Source: Zwartia vadi
Lineage (GTDB): Bacteria > Pseudomonadota > Gammaproteobacteria > Burkholderiales > Burkholderiaceae_B
Assembly (NCBI RefSeq): GCF_030410375.1
Contig: NZ_JAUHHE010000024.1
Location: 1 to 12,392, forward strand
DNA length: 12,392 nt
Direction of reading: 5' to 3'
The notes beneath the pieces are model-generated. The model ran no database searches. It was not told the DNA's origin and saw nothing but the letters and a program-made list of their open reading frames with translations. Positions within the stretch are counted from its first letter, which is position 1. Each line of letters begins with the position of its first letter. Of this stretch, positions 1 to 6,575 are shown piece after piece. The position numbers and the translations under genes were made by a program.

Positions 1-222
1 CCTTTTAAAAGGACGTTACAAACAACAAAAGCAGCTCGAAAGCTACTTTATTATTGCTCAGGCTAACTCAACACATGAAGTAATTTGGACAAGGTCTGGA
101 CTTGTCAGAAAGAAACTCCCAAATGCTGTTAATCAGATTTCTGCCTCTACCTTTGGGCTTCTCTTTTTGAGCAACAAAGCGAAAATACCCCTGTAAACGA
201 ACATAACTAAGAGACTTGCGAT

Positions 223-696
223 CTAATGATCTGACAGTTCATTCAGTTTCGACGTGATTTCACGCTTACCCATCTTGCGCACAGCAGAAATGGCCTCCAA
301 CTGGCTTACACGGGGTTTGGTTTTGCCCGATTCCCAGTGGTACACGCTCTGCGCTGAGACATCCAGCAGTTTGCCCATTTCAGCAGCGCTGATCCCAAGC
401 TTTTTGCGTAAAGCAGCAAAGCCTTTGGCGCGAAAGCGCAAACCATTTCCTGAAACATCCTCAGTTTCTTGAACTGATTTTGAGTGGCTCGACACCTTGG
501 AGATTATTTTGACAAGCGATTCTAGATCAGCAAGCCTTCGCTTTAGAGAGGCGATTTCGCCACGGTTTGTTGTAAGCGTCTTTTTCAGCGCTTGGGTCTC
601 AGCTTTGACTTCCTTTTTTGCGAGACGACTGACCTCGCCCTTAAATTGATTCGCAAATGTTGGCATGACAGTTCCAAAATATGATGAACTGCGCAT
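223..696 (-). CDS. DNA-binding protein with an N-terminal coiled-coil and a C-terminal XRE/Cro-type helix-turn-helix
   Basis: ORF of 157 aa. The C-terminal segment LGISAAEMGKLLDVSAQSVYHWESGKTKP is a textbook XRE-type HTH. The N-terminal half (EVSRLAKKEVKAETQALKK...LKRRLADLESL) is heptad-like. The start is uncertain: the ATG at 696 has no SD, and the ATG at 666 (MPTFANQF...) has only a weak GGAA about 7 nt upstream. Confidence 0.75.
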   Translation of the reverse strand: MRSSSYFGTVMPTFANQFKGEVSRLAKKEVKAETQALKKTLTTNRGEIASLKRRLADLESLVKIISKVSSHSKSVQETEDVSGNGLRFRAKGFAALRKKLGISAAEMGKLLDVSAQSVYHWESGKTKPRVSQLEAISAVRKMGKREITSKLNELSDH

Positions 697-760
697 TATA
701 TCGATTGACTCAAAGGTGTGAAGAACTCCAAGTCATTTATAGAGAGTCGAGTCAACTATT

Positions 761-787
761 TCAAGCCCTCCGTAACTGGACGCTCAA
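761..787 (+). repeat. Decayed copy of the window-wide palindromic element (tcaagcCCTccgtaactggacgctCAa)
   Basis: About 22 of 27 positions match the consensus TCAAGCGTCCCGTAACTGGACGCTTGA. The left arm is mutated, so the stem no longer pairs. It lies just downstream of the stop (794-796) of the minus-strand CDS 794-1201. Confidence 0.6.
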
Positions 788-793
788 ATGTCA

Positions 794-1201
794 TCATTTA
801 TAAACTGGCTGGGTCGTCACTTTTCCTAAACGAGCAACTGGCTTGGGAGGCTCAAAAGCCACTGGTTTTTTGGGATTTGGTGCGGGGAATACACGGCGAG
901 GTTGTGGTGGTTGAACTGGAGCCTGTACTGGCTGTACGGGGTATTTCACAGCAGTAGATGTCTGCTTCTTCTCGGGTGCTTTTTTATTGGGTGTGGGAGC
1001 GGTATTAGGTGTAACTGCGGGTTTGGGTTTTGGTGGTGCTGCTTTACGTAGTCGAGGCGTACTGGCAGTGGCAGCAGCACGTTGTTGTTTAGCAGCCGCT
1101 TCAGCCGCGGCTTCTGCTGAAATCGCTGTCCATGTCGAATCAATAATCCGTTTCAATAAATTCAGTTGGTCTTGTGCGCTAGTAACTTCTCGTATCAACA
1201 T
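794..1201 (-). CDS. Ala/Pro/Lys-rich low-complexity protein, possibly nucleoid-associated or histone-H1-like
   Basis: ORF of 135 aa with AGGAG about 7 nt upstream of the ATG at 1201. A short helical N-terminus (LIREVTSAQDQLNLLKRIID) is followed by about 100 aa of low complexity (AAAEAAAKQQRAAA, PPKPKPAVTPNTAPTPNKKAPEKK, PVQPVQAPVQPPQP). I did not recognise an H-NS-type C-terminal motif, so the function is a guess from composition. Confidence 0.6.
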   Translation of the reverse strand: MLIREVTSAQDQLNLLKRIIDSTWTAISAEAAAEAAAKQQRAAATASTPRLRKAAPPKPKPAVTPNTAPTPNKKAPEKKQTSTAVKYPVQPVQAPVQPPQPRRVFPAPNPKKPVAFEPPKPVARLGKVTTQPVYK

Positions 1202-1289
1202 GTCAATCTCCTGTGTTGTATTTAAGCCTGACGAACAGCAGTTAATGACTAATTTGGTTGTGTCCTTTTAATAAGACATGAATGATGAA

Positions 1290-1316
1290 TCAAGCGTCCC
1301 GTTACTGGACGCTTAA
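1290..1316 (-). repeat. Intact copy of the palindromic element (stem AAGCGTCC/GGACGCTT, loop CGTTACT)
   Basis: The 8-bp perfect stem spans 1292-1299 and 1307-1314, with a 7-nt loop. On the plus strand it is followed by AATTTTT. It lies between the gtrB-like stop (1471) and the start of CDS 794-1201. Confidence 0.8.
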
Positions 1317-1470
1317 TTTTTAAACGCATAAAACCTAATCAAAACGCTATACAGGTAGCATCAATTGAGCATTCAGTTCACTTAAATACTCATTGATGGA
1401 ATATTCAAAAATAAGCCAAATATTAAAATTTGATGTGATTTTGAATTAATACTTGAATCATTGTTAATAA

Positions 1471-2457
1471 TTAACATACCTTAGTTCGCGCTGCTTTAGA
1501 CCGCTCAATTAAATGCGAATCTTGATAAGTTCTTCTAATTAGATAAGTTGGTCGACGTTTTGCTTCCATGTATGTGCGCCCAACATATTCCCCAAGAATT
1601 CCAACGCCAATTAGTTGAAGGCTACCAAAGAACATGATTGCAACGAACAATGACGCATAACCAGGCACATCTACACCGAAAATCAAAGTGCGTATAAAAA
1701 TGAAAAATCCATACATCACTGTAATGAGAGCTCCAGCTACACCTATGTATGTCCAAAATCGTAGTGGTATGGTGCTGAAGCTTGTAATTCCTTCAAGGGC
1801 AAAATTCCAAAGCTTCCAGCCGGAAAACTTTGAACTGCCAGCAGAGCGCGGTTGACGCACGTATTCAATAGTGACCGACTTGAATCCTACCCAAGCAAAT
1901 AGACCTTTCATGAATCTTTGCTTCTCAGGAAGTAATTTCAGCGCATCCACAACAACACGCGTCATAAGTCGACAATCTCCAACATTCGTTGGAATTTTGA
2001 TGTGGGAAAGTAAATTGTAAGTATCGTAGAAAGCAGCTGCGCTCAATCTCTTACTGAGGCTATCACTTTTTCTATCTGAGCGTTTAGCTAAAACTACATC
2101 TGCGTCGCTATCTTCCCATGCTCGGATAAGCCTGCCAATCAGAGATGGCGGATCTTGCAGATCTGAATCAAGCGGAATCACTAAGTCCCCAATCGCTGTA
2201 TCTAATCCAGCAGACAAAGCTGCCTCTTTACCAAAGTTACGAGACAATTCAATAACTTTGAAGCGGTGATCTTTAAGGCTCAATGCAACAAGATGACCGA
2301 GCGTTCCATCCTTACTCCCGTCATCAACACAAACTATTTCGAATTCATAGCAGCTGAGTTGTTCAATCTCCTGAATCACACTTTCATAAAAATCGAAAAC
2401 TCCTGCCTCTTCGTTATAAAAAGGACAGACTAGGCTGACTAGTAACTTGACATCCAT
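1471..2457 (-). CDS. gtrB: GT2-family bactoprenol (undecaprenyl-phosphate) glucosyltransferase, GtrB-like
   Basis: Motif blocks typical of GtrB/YfdH are present throughout: SLVCPFYNEE, VCVDDGSKDGT, LSRNFGKEAAL, PLDSDLQDPP, VLAKRSDR, NVGDCRLM, FMKGLFAWVG, KFSGWKLWNFALEGITSFSTIPLRFWTYIG, LGEYVGRTYMEAKRRPTY. There are two C-terminal TM segments. I prefer the ATG at 2457 (MDVKLLVSL...), which has AGGAG about 8 nt upstream, over the ORF-track start at 2529. Confidence 0.9.
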   Translation of the reverse strand: MDVKLLVSLVCPFYNEEAGVFDFYESVIQEIEQLSCYEFEIVCVDDGSKDGTLGHLVALSLKDHRFKVIELSRNFGKEAALSAGLDTAIGDLVIPLDSDLQDPPSLIGRLIRAWEDSDADVVLAKRSDRKSDSLSKRLSAAAFYDTYNLLSHIKIPTNVGDCRLMTRVVVDALKLLPEKQRFMKGLFAWVGFKSVTIEYVRQPRSAGSSKFSGWKLWNFALEGITSFSTIPLRFWTYIGVAGALITVMYGFFIFIRTLIFGVDVPGYASLFVAIMFFGSLQLIGVGILGEYVGRTYMEAKRRPTYLIRRTYQDSHLIERSKAARTKVC

Positions 2458-2615
2458 ATTCAAGTCTCCTGAGCCGAAATCAGATAGCTTCCTCTCGAGA
2501 GAGATGTTGTTAGCGTCCAGCGGGCGCATACATCACACGCATAGCCTAAGAAATAATTCATTGTTAATCCCCACAAATATGTCGATCAAAATGGTGCTCT
2601 GTAACGCATGAATAT

Positions 2616-2978
2616 TTAAACTACGACTGAAGTGAGTGCTCGTGGAGGACGTAACAAACCATCTAAAAATATATCAGGATGCATCTGCGAATTGGCATAT
2701 CTAATTGTTCTTTCCACCAGAACTGCATCCAACAATTGGAAACGGTCAGTTAAGTTTGAAGGATCAAAATTATCCTGCAGATGTTGATGACTCAACTCTG
2801 AAGTATCGATCTCAAAGTGTACTGAGTGGTCTTGATGATGATGGTGCTCTAGCGCTCGATCATGAGAAAAAACTTGATGGATTTGATCTATTGAATCATT
2901 CATAGCTCCGCCTACTGCACTCAATCCAAGTTGGCAGCTAAGCAGAACTATTAGCACGAATGAAATCAGTTTTTTCAA
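2616..2978 (-). CDS. His-rich small secreted protein (paralog B), likely periplasmic metal-binding; loosely CzcI/DUF2946-like
   Basis: ORF of 120 aa with a TTG start. It has a signal-like N-terminus (KKLISFVLIVLLSCQLGLSA), HHHH and HQH clusters, and a C-terminal FLDGLLRPPR motif. It shares all of these with the ORF at 4614-4964, along with HQxFSHD. The family name is recalled from memory and is tentative. Confidence 0.7.
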   Translation of the reverse strand: MKKLISFVLIVLLSCQLGLSAVGGAMNDSIDQIHQVFSHDRALEHHHHQDHSVHFEIDTSELSHQHLQDNFDPSNLTDRFQLLDAVLVERTIRYANSQMHPDIFLDGLLRPPRALTSVVV

Positions 2979-2995
2979 GTGAGCATCTTTACTGA

Positions 2996-3346
2996 TCAGA
3001 GTAAATTAATTCCAAACGGCTTAAGCAAAATAACCATCACAGAAAAACAAATGACAGTTAATAAAGCTGAGGCGCCCATTGCTCCCCAAAAACCCAGCTT
3101 ATTCAAAATCCAAGGAAAAACAATAAACATAGGCAAAGTAGGAATCACGTACCAGAATGTGTAGTAAGCGTGATCTGCAATTTTCTCTTGGCTTTGATTC
3201 TCAAAAAACATCCAAAAAAGAGTCAGGAATGTCACGAGAGGCAAGGCGGCAATAAAGCCGCCTAACCTATCACTACGTTTAGCCACCTCAGAAATCAAAA
3301 CAACCAAACCTGCAGTGATAAAGTACTTTGTCAGAATCCAAACCAT
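2996..3346 (-). CDS. Small 4-TM membrane protein, DUF3147-like
   Basis: MVWILTKYFITAGLVVLISEVAKRSDRLGGFIAALPLVTFLTLFW...YYTFWYVIPTLPMF matches my recollection of the DUF3147 pattern (KY.ITA..V...SE.AKRS..LG..IA.LPLVT..., W.YTFWYV.PTLPMF). I prefer the ATG at 3346, which has GGAG about 6 nt upstream; the ORF track starts at 3370. Confidence 0.75.
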   Translation of the reverse strand: MVWILTKYFITAGLVVLISEVAKRSDRLGGFIAALPLVTFLTLFWMFFENQSQEKIADHAYYTFWYVIPTLPMFIVFPWILNKLGFWGAMGASALLTVICFSVMVILLKPFGINLL

Positions 3347-3396
3347 GTTTAGCTCCAACCAGAGCAACATAGGTTGCTCTGGTACTTTACTGGTGA

Positions 3397-3747
3397 TTAT
3401 TTACCGGTATGGTTAGCCGCGATGAAATTGCCCGGTGGGGTAAAGAACATAAAAAGATTGTTCTTTGTTTGATCAGGTGCATTTGGATTTGCGAAAGTTA
3501 CCTTCCACTCCTTACCCTTTTTGCCATCAATGTATTCTATTGATTCATGCTTGACTGGCGCCCAGCTTTTATCGAGCTTGCCACCTTTCACAAGGGCGTC
3601 TTTACGTTGGGCCGCGCACTGAGTAATCGTGGATTCTGCAGCAGGTTTTGATCCATGAAAGTGACAGCCATCGCCAGGGCCAGCGTTTGAGGCGAATGGA
3701 GCAAAAGTAAAAAGAGAAAAAATAATAGTGCCGATGAGTGATTTCAT
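3397..3747 (-). CDS. Periplasmic protein with a GCHFHG metal-ligand motif (DUF6488-like, tentative)
   Basis: The start at 3747 (MKSLIGTIIFSLFTFAPFASNA|GPGDGCHFHG) has AAGGAA upstream and a clear signal peptide. The mature protein begins with a Cys/His cluster. It starts 19 nt after the HupE-like stop, so the two are probably co-transcribed. The 173-aa ORF-track version overlaps the HupE gene and is rejected. Confidence 0.75.
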   Translation of the reverse strand: MKSLIGTIIFSLFTFAPFASNAGPGDGCHFHGSKPAAESTITQCAAQRKDALVKGGKLDKSWAPVKHESIEYIDGKKGKEWKVTFANPNAPDQTKNNLFMFFTPPGNFIAANHTGK

Positions 3748-3766
3748 ATTGATTCCTTGAATGTAG

Positions 3767-4552
3767 TTAAAGGGCGTTGCGACTGTTATCTGTAGTGTTT
3801 TGAATGTCCAGATCCTCGTGTACATGGCGATGTTCCTCTGTTGGAAATCTAAATGACTCGCCATTAACATCATGCTGGTACCCATGAAGTTGAGCAAAAA
3901 GCAAATAAATGCCAGCAAGAATGAGTCCTAAGTTCGCTACGTAGCTGAATTTCCCAAAGTGGGAAGTTTTTCTCCAGAATGACAGGACAGCTACCATTAC
4001 TGCCAGTGCTAAGATCTGACCCAATTCAACGCCTAAGTTAAAGCTCAAGATTCTTAGAATCATGTGAACGGGATCATCACCAAGTGGCAGTTGTTGAAGG
4101 CGTGTTGACAAGCCAAAACCATGCAACAAGCCAAAAGCAAACACCATCTTGATTAAGTTTGGTGATGACATGTTGAAATGGCGCTGGAATCCACCGTTGT
4201 TGTCAAAACCCTTGTAGATCACGCTAACCGCAATGATTGCGTCAACTAACCAGAAATTCCAAGTGATTTTGAAGTAAGTGGCAAAGATTAATGTGATGCA
4301 GTGTCCAATCGTAAAGACTGTGACAAACTTCACAATGTCCTTGAAGTTAGTTAGAAAAAATACAACGCCTAGCAAAAAAAGAAGATGGTCATACCCAGTT
4401 AGCATGTGACTGGCGCCTAGCATGATGTATTGGATGTAACCACCATCCAACATTCGCTGCTTATCTTCATCGCTGATGCCGTGCGCAAAAGCAATAAGCG
4501 GCAAAAGAGCGAGCAACAGCACCCCAAGACGCTGGGGAGAGATGTATCTCAT
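3767..4552 (-). CDS. HupE/UreJ-family metal (Ni/Co-type) permease
   Basis: ORF of 261 aa. The signal peptide ends in AFAHG. The family hallmark is present as GASHMLTGYDHLLFLLGVVFF (H-x-x-x-G-x-DH-L). There are multiple TM segments and a second HGFG motif (LLHGFGLS). The C-terminal tail is His- and acid-rich (EEHRHVHEDLD). GAGGAA lies about 7 nt upstream of the ATG at 4552. Confidence 0.85.
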   Translation of the reverse strand: MRYISPQRLGVLLLALLPLIAFAHGISDEDKQRMLDGGYIQYIMLGASHMLTGYDHLLFLLGVVFFLTNFKDIVKFVTVFTIGHCITLIFATYFKITWNFWLVDAIIAVSVIYKGFDNNGGFQRHFNMSSPNLIKMVFAFGLLHGFGLSTRLQQLPLGDDPVHMILRILSFNLGVELGQILALAVMVAVLSFWRKTSHFGKFSYVANLGLILAGIYLLFAQLHGYQHDVNGESFRFPTEEHRHVHEDLDIQNTTDNSRNAL

Positions 4553-4583
4553 TTAAATTCCTCAATTAGTCAATTGGAAAGCA

Positions 4584-4601
4584 TCGGACATAGTTGTCCG
4601 A
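4584..4601 (-). promoter_or_regulatory. Intercistronic stem-loop (TCGGACA-TAGT-TGTCCGA)
   Basis: A perfect 7-bp stem with a 4-nt loop lies between the stop of the His-rich gene A (4614) and the HupE-like start (4552). No U-tract follows it, so it is more likely an mRNA processing or stability element than a terminator. Confidence 0.4.
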
Positions 4602-4613
4602 AAATTCGACTGC

Positions 4614-4964
4614 CTAGACTAGTTTGCGAGGAGGGCGTAATAGACCGTCTAAAAAGACGCTGGGAGGTTCTTGAGGGTTAAAGGCTATTAACGACTCAAC
4701 AATTGATGTGGGAGGGAGTGCGTCTGAATCAGGGACCAGAGCAGAAGATTGAAAATGATCAGTTACATGCTGATGAGCTGCGTCACCACCGCCATGATCA
4801 AAATGTGTTGCGAATGCGTCGTGGTGGTGATGATCGATGGATTGATCATGAGAAAAAGCTTGATGAACCTCGTTGGACGCATAATTGAAACTTTCAAAAG
4901 CTGTAGCCAACGACAGTTGGCAGCTTAAAAGAATCGCAACAAAGGTTGAAAAAAAGCTCTTCAT
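4614..4964 (-). CDS. His-rich small secreted protein (paralog A)
   Basis: ORF of 116 aa with N-terminus MKSFFSTFVAILLSCQLSLATA. It carries HQAFSHDQSIDHHHH, HQH, and a C-terminal FLDGLLRPPR. Patches are also conserved with 2616-2978 at nucleotide level, for example gatcatgagaaaaaGcttgatg versus gatcatgagaaaaaActtgatg. Confidence 0.7.
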   Translation of the reverse strand: MKSFFSTFVAILLSCQLSLATAFESFNYASNEVHQAFSHDQSIDHHHHDAFATHFDHGGGDAAHQHVTDHFQSSALVPDSDALPPTSIVESLIAFNPQEPPSVFLDGLLRPPRKLV

Positions 4965-4990
4965 CTTTTGATTATAAGATGGATCTCACA

Positions 4991-5021
4991 TGATTTTCAA
5001 AGGAATTTTCTTATGAAAATC
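4991..5021. promoter_or_regulatory. Candidate operator: inverted repeat TGATTTTCA-N13-TGAAAATCA upstream of the metal operon
   Basis: 9-bp perfect inverted arms at 4991-4999 and 5013-5021 are nested inside CATGAT...ATCATG (4989 and 5026-5031). The site lies 27-57 nt upstream of the first gene of the minus-strand metal cluster (ATG at 4964). Confidence 0.35.
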
Positions 5022-5162
5022 AAATATCATGTATTAAGTTTGCTTTTTAATGTCAATACATCAGGAAATTTTGTCAACCGTTTTCTAATACCCAGTAAAT
5101 AATAGGGATTAGGAAACTATCTTCTTTTCTCATGACTTCTACCAACAAAGCAAAAGTGCTAA

Positions 5163-5191
5163 GTCAAGCGTCCCGTTACAGAACGCTTGAC
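5163..5191 (-). repeat. Intact copy of the palindromic element, probably an RNA stem-loop or terminator-like hairpin
   Basis: Sequence is GTCAAGCGTCC-CGTTACA-GAACGCTTGAC. It starts 1 nt after the stop (5193-5195) of the minus-strand CDS. One stem position is a C-A mismatch on the plus strand but a G-U wobble in the minus-sense RNA. Confidence 0.8.
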
Positions 5192-5192
5192 C

Positions 5193-5630
5193 TCAACGTT
5201 TGAACCCAGAGCGTAGTGCACCGCTGGCAGCTTCGATTTGCGCATCAAGTTCGCCAGCTTCCACAGCTTGCTTGATCACTTGCAAAGTACCTACAAGATG
5301 GTCTGCTGCACCAACTTCCACGGTGCTTTTGCCCTTGGCTAATTCCAACTGTTTTGCACCATAGCGAACAGTTAGGCAAATCTTCCCATCTACATTCGTC
5401 CACCACATGGGGCGTACACGTCGCTGAATCTCAATGGTCTTGCGACTGCCATCTTCACTGGCAACAGTTTTGAAACGGTTGGTCGTGTATGTCTCACCCT
5501 GCTGTTGGGCAAGTGCCAACTGGATTTGATCAGCAAGTTTGCCTGACAGCTTATTGCGGCGGATTTGTATGGGTGCTAATGCAGCTGTACGCTTTGTATT
5601 GCTTAACTTCAAGTTTGCGAGTGCGTTCAT
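5193..5630 (-). CDS. Conserved hypothetical protein, about 145 aa, of a type seen on islands and plasmids
   Basis: The start at 5630 (MNALANLKLSNTKR...) has AGGAG about 7 nt upstream. The pattern (N-terminal basic region RRNKL, central RRVRPMWW, LTVRYGAKQLELAKGK, C-terminal helix) feels like a conserved island-borne DUF family, but I cannot name it securely. Confidence 0.7.
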   Translation of the reverse strand: MNALANLKLSNTKRTAALAPIQIRRNKLSGKLADQIQLALAQQQGETYTTNRFKTVASEDGSRKTIEIQRRVRPMWWTNVDGKICLTVRYGAKQLELAKGKSTVEVGAADHLVGTLQVIKQAVEAGELDAQIEAASGALRSGFKR

Positions 5631-5779
5631 TTTGATCTCCTGTAAGTGGATGGGGCACACACAAACTGTATTTTCTGATCACGGAGATGGTCGATCAATT
5701 TTGCCATAATCACCCTCGAAACTAAGAAATCAGGCTGGATTTTCTATAAAAATATTTGGTTAGGGATAAATAATTGCGA

Positions 5780-6069
5780 GTTGCTTAGTGAGTTGCATTA
5801 GGTTACTTGAAGAAAAAAGTCGCTTGTTACATGTAGTTTGTTGCTTGAAGTTACATGTTGCTTGTTACTGCTGTGGGACAAATGAGTAGCTCTGACCGCA
5901 ACACCGCTATTCGCGTAACTCCAGTAACCCAGCAACACTTGTCACTCAGTAACTTTCGAGACTCAGTTACTTAGTAACAGGCAACCCGCGACGTGTGACT
6001 TCTTTTGATCTCTGCGACTTCTCTTGCAACCAACAGCAACGGGGTAACCCCAAAGCAACCAAATGCAAC
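5780..6069. repeat. Strand-switching array of about 21 GYAAC pentamers in a divergent intergenic region
   Basis: GTTGC or GTTAC (GYAAC on the minus strand) starts at 5780, 5792, 5802, 5826, 5840, 5850, 5857 and 5864. GCAAC or GTAAC starts on the plus strand at 5898, 5915, 5924, 5932, 5949, 5974, 5981, 6026, 6036, 6044, 6055 and 6065. One reversed copy is at 5966. Longer sub-repeats also occur: GAGTTGC twice, GCTTGTTAC twice, GTTACATGT twice, and AGTAACT-N12-AGTTACT. Confidence 0.85.
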
Positions 6070-6106
6070 TCACGAAACTCATCCATTGATCAAAGGAGAA
6101 AATAAA

Positions 6107-6556
6107 ATGGAAAAAGAAATCGCAGTTCGTTTATTCGAAAACAAAAGATTAGGCACAACATACGGCAAGGGTCTCTATCGCTCCGCAGTATTCAATGCAA
6201 GTATTGAGATCAAAGACCCTCATGTGAAATATTTATTGGATTTTTATCAATATGATCGTTGGCAACACACAGCCGTATCTGATCAGCAGATTGCCATGCT
6301 GGATCAAGTCGCTGAGCATTGTTCGGAAACAGACTTGACTAGTTGGGTCACACGCTACAACCCAGCAACGAAAGAAAAAACGCCAGTCCAAGGAATAGCA
6401 ATATTGGATGATCAAAGCCAAATGCTACGAGTGATTGTGATTGATCCAGATTCAGAAATTGAGGATTCGTGGGTCTTGCCTGTGCGAGCGTGTAGTGTGA
6501 CACGCAATAATTCCCCCAGCCTAATTGCTACCAACACAGAGTTAGCGCACTGGTAA
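6107..6556 (+). CDS. Hypothetical protein (149 aa)
   Basis: The ATG at 6107 is preceded by AAAGGAGAA (SD) at good spacing. The ORF-track extension back to 6005 runs through the GYAAC array and is probably non-coding. I recognised no motif. Confidence 0.65.
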   Translation: MEKEIAVRLFENKRLGTTYGKGLYRSAVFNASIEIKDPHVKYLLDFYQYDRWQHTAVSDQQIAMLDQVAEHCSETDLTSWVTRYNPATKEKTPVQGIAILDDQSQMLRVIVIDPDSEIEDSWVLPVRACSVTRNNSPSLIATNTELAHW

Positions 6557-6575
6557 TCGTAAAAAAAAAGCGTCA

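Noticed and set aside
1-66. Possible 3' end of a plus-strand gene entering from the left edge (PFKRTLQTTKAARKLLYYCSG*)
   Set aside because: Only 21 codons are visible, with no motif and no way to assess the frame. It cannot be supported from this window.
1469-1479. Minus-strand GTATGTTAATT resembling the XerD-binding arm of dif/pdif (TTATGTTAAAT)
   Set aside because: The expected XerC arm 6 nt upstream is not convincing: AAGCAGCGCGA gives about 5/11 against psi/dif arms recalled from memory. The match lies in the gtrB stop-codon region and forms part of a local TGTTAAT-A-ATTAACA palindrome, so it is probably coincidental.
1458-2568. 11-bp direct repeat TCATTGTTAAT at 1458-1468 and 2558-2568, flanking the gtrB-like gene
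   Set aside because: For a 12.4-kb window, more than ten identical 11-mer pairs are expected by chance, and more in AT-rich spacers. There are no adjoining inverted repeats or transposase to suggest a target-site duplication.
3397-3918. The 173-aa ORF-track version of the periplasmic protein gene, which overlaps the 3' end of the HupE-like gene by about 150 nt
   Set aside because: The extension (MLAFICFLLNF...) is simply an out-of-frame readthrough of the HupE coding region. The internal ATG at 3747 has an AAGGAA SD, starts a clean signal peptide, and lies 19 nt after the HupE stop.
6005-6106. N-terminal extension of CDS 6107-6556 (MISATSLATNSNGVTPKQPN...)
   Set aside because: The extension starts at a non-ATG codon and runs through the GYAAC motif array, which explains its Asn/Thr/Gln-rich translation. 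A strong AAAGGAGAA SD precedes the ATG at 6107.
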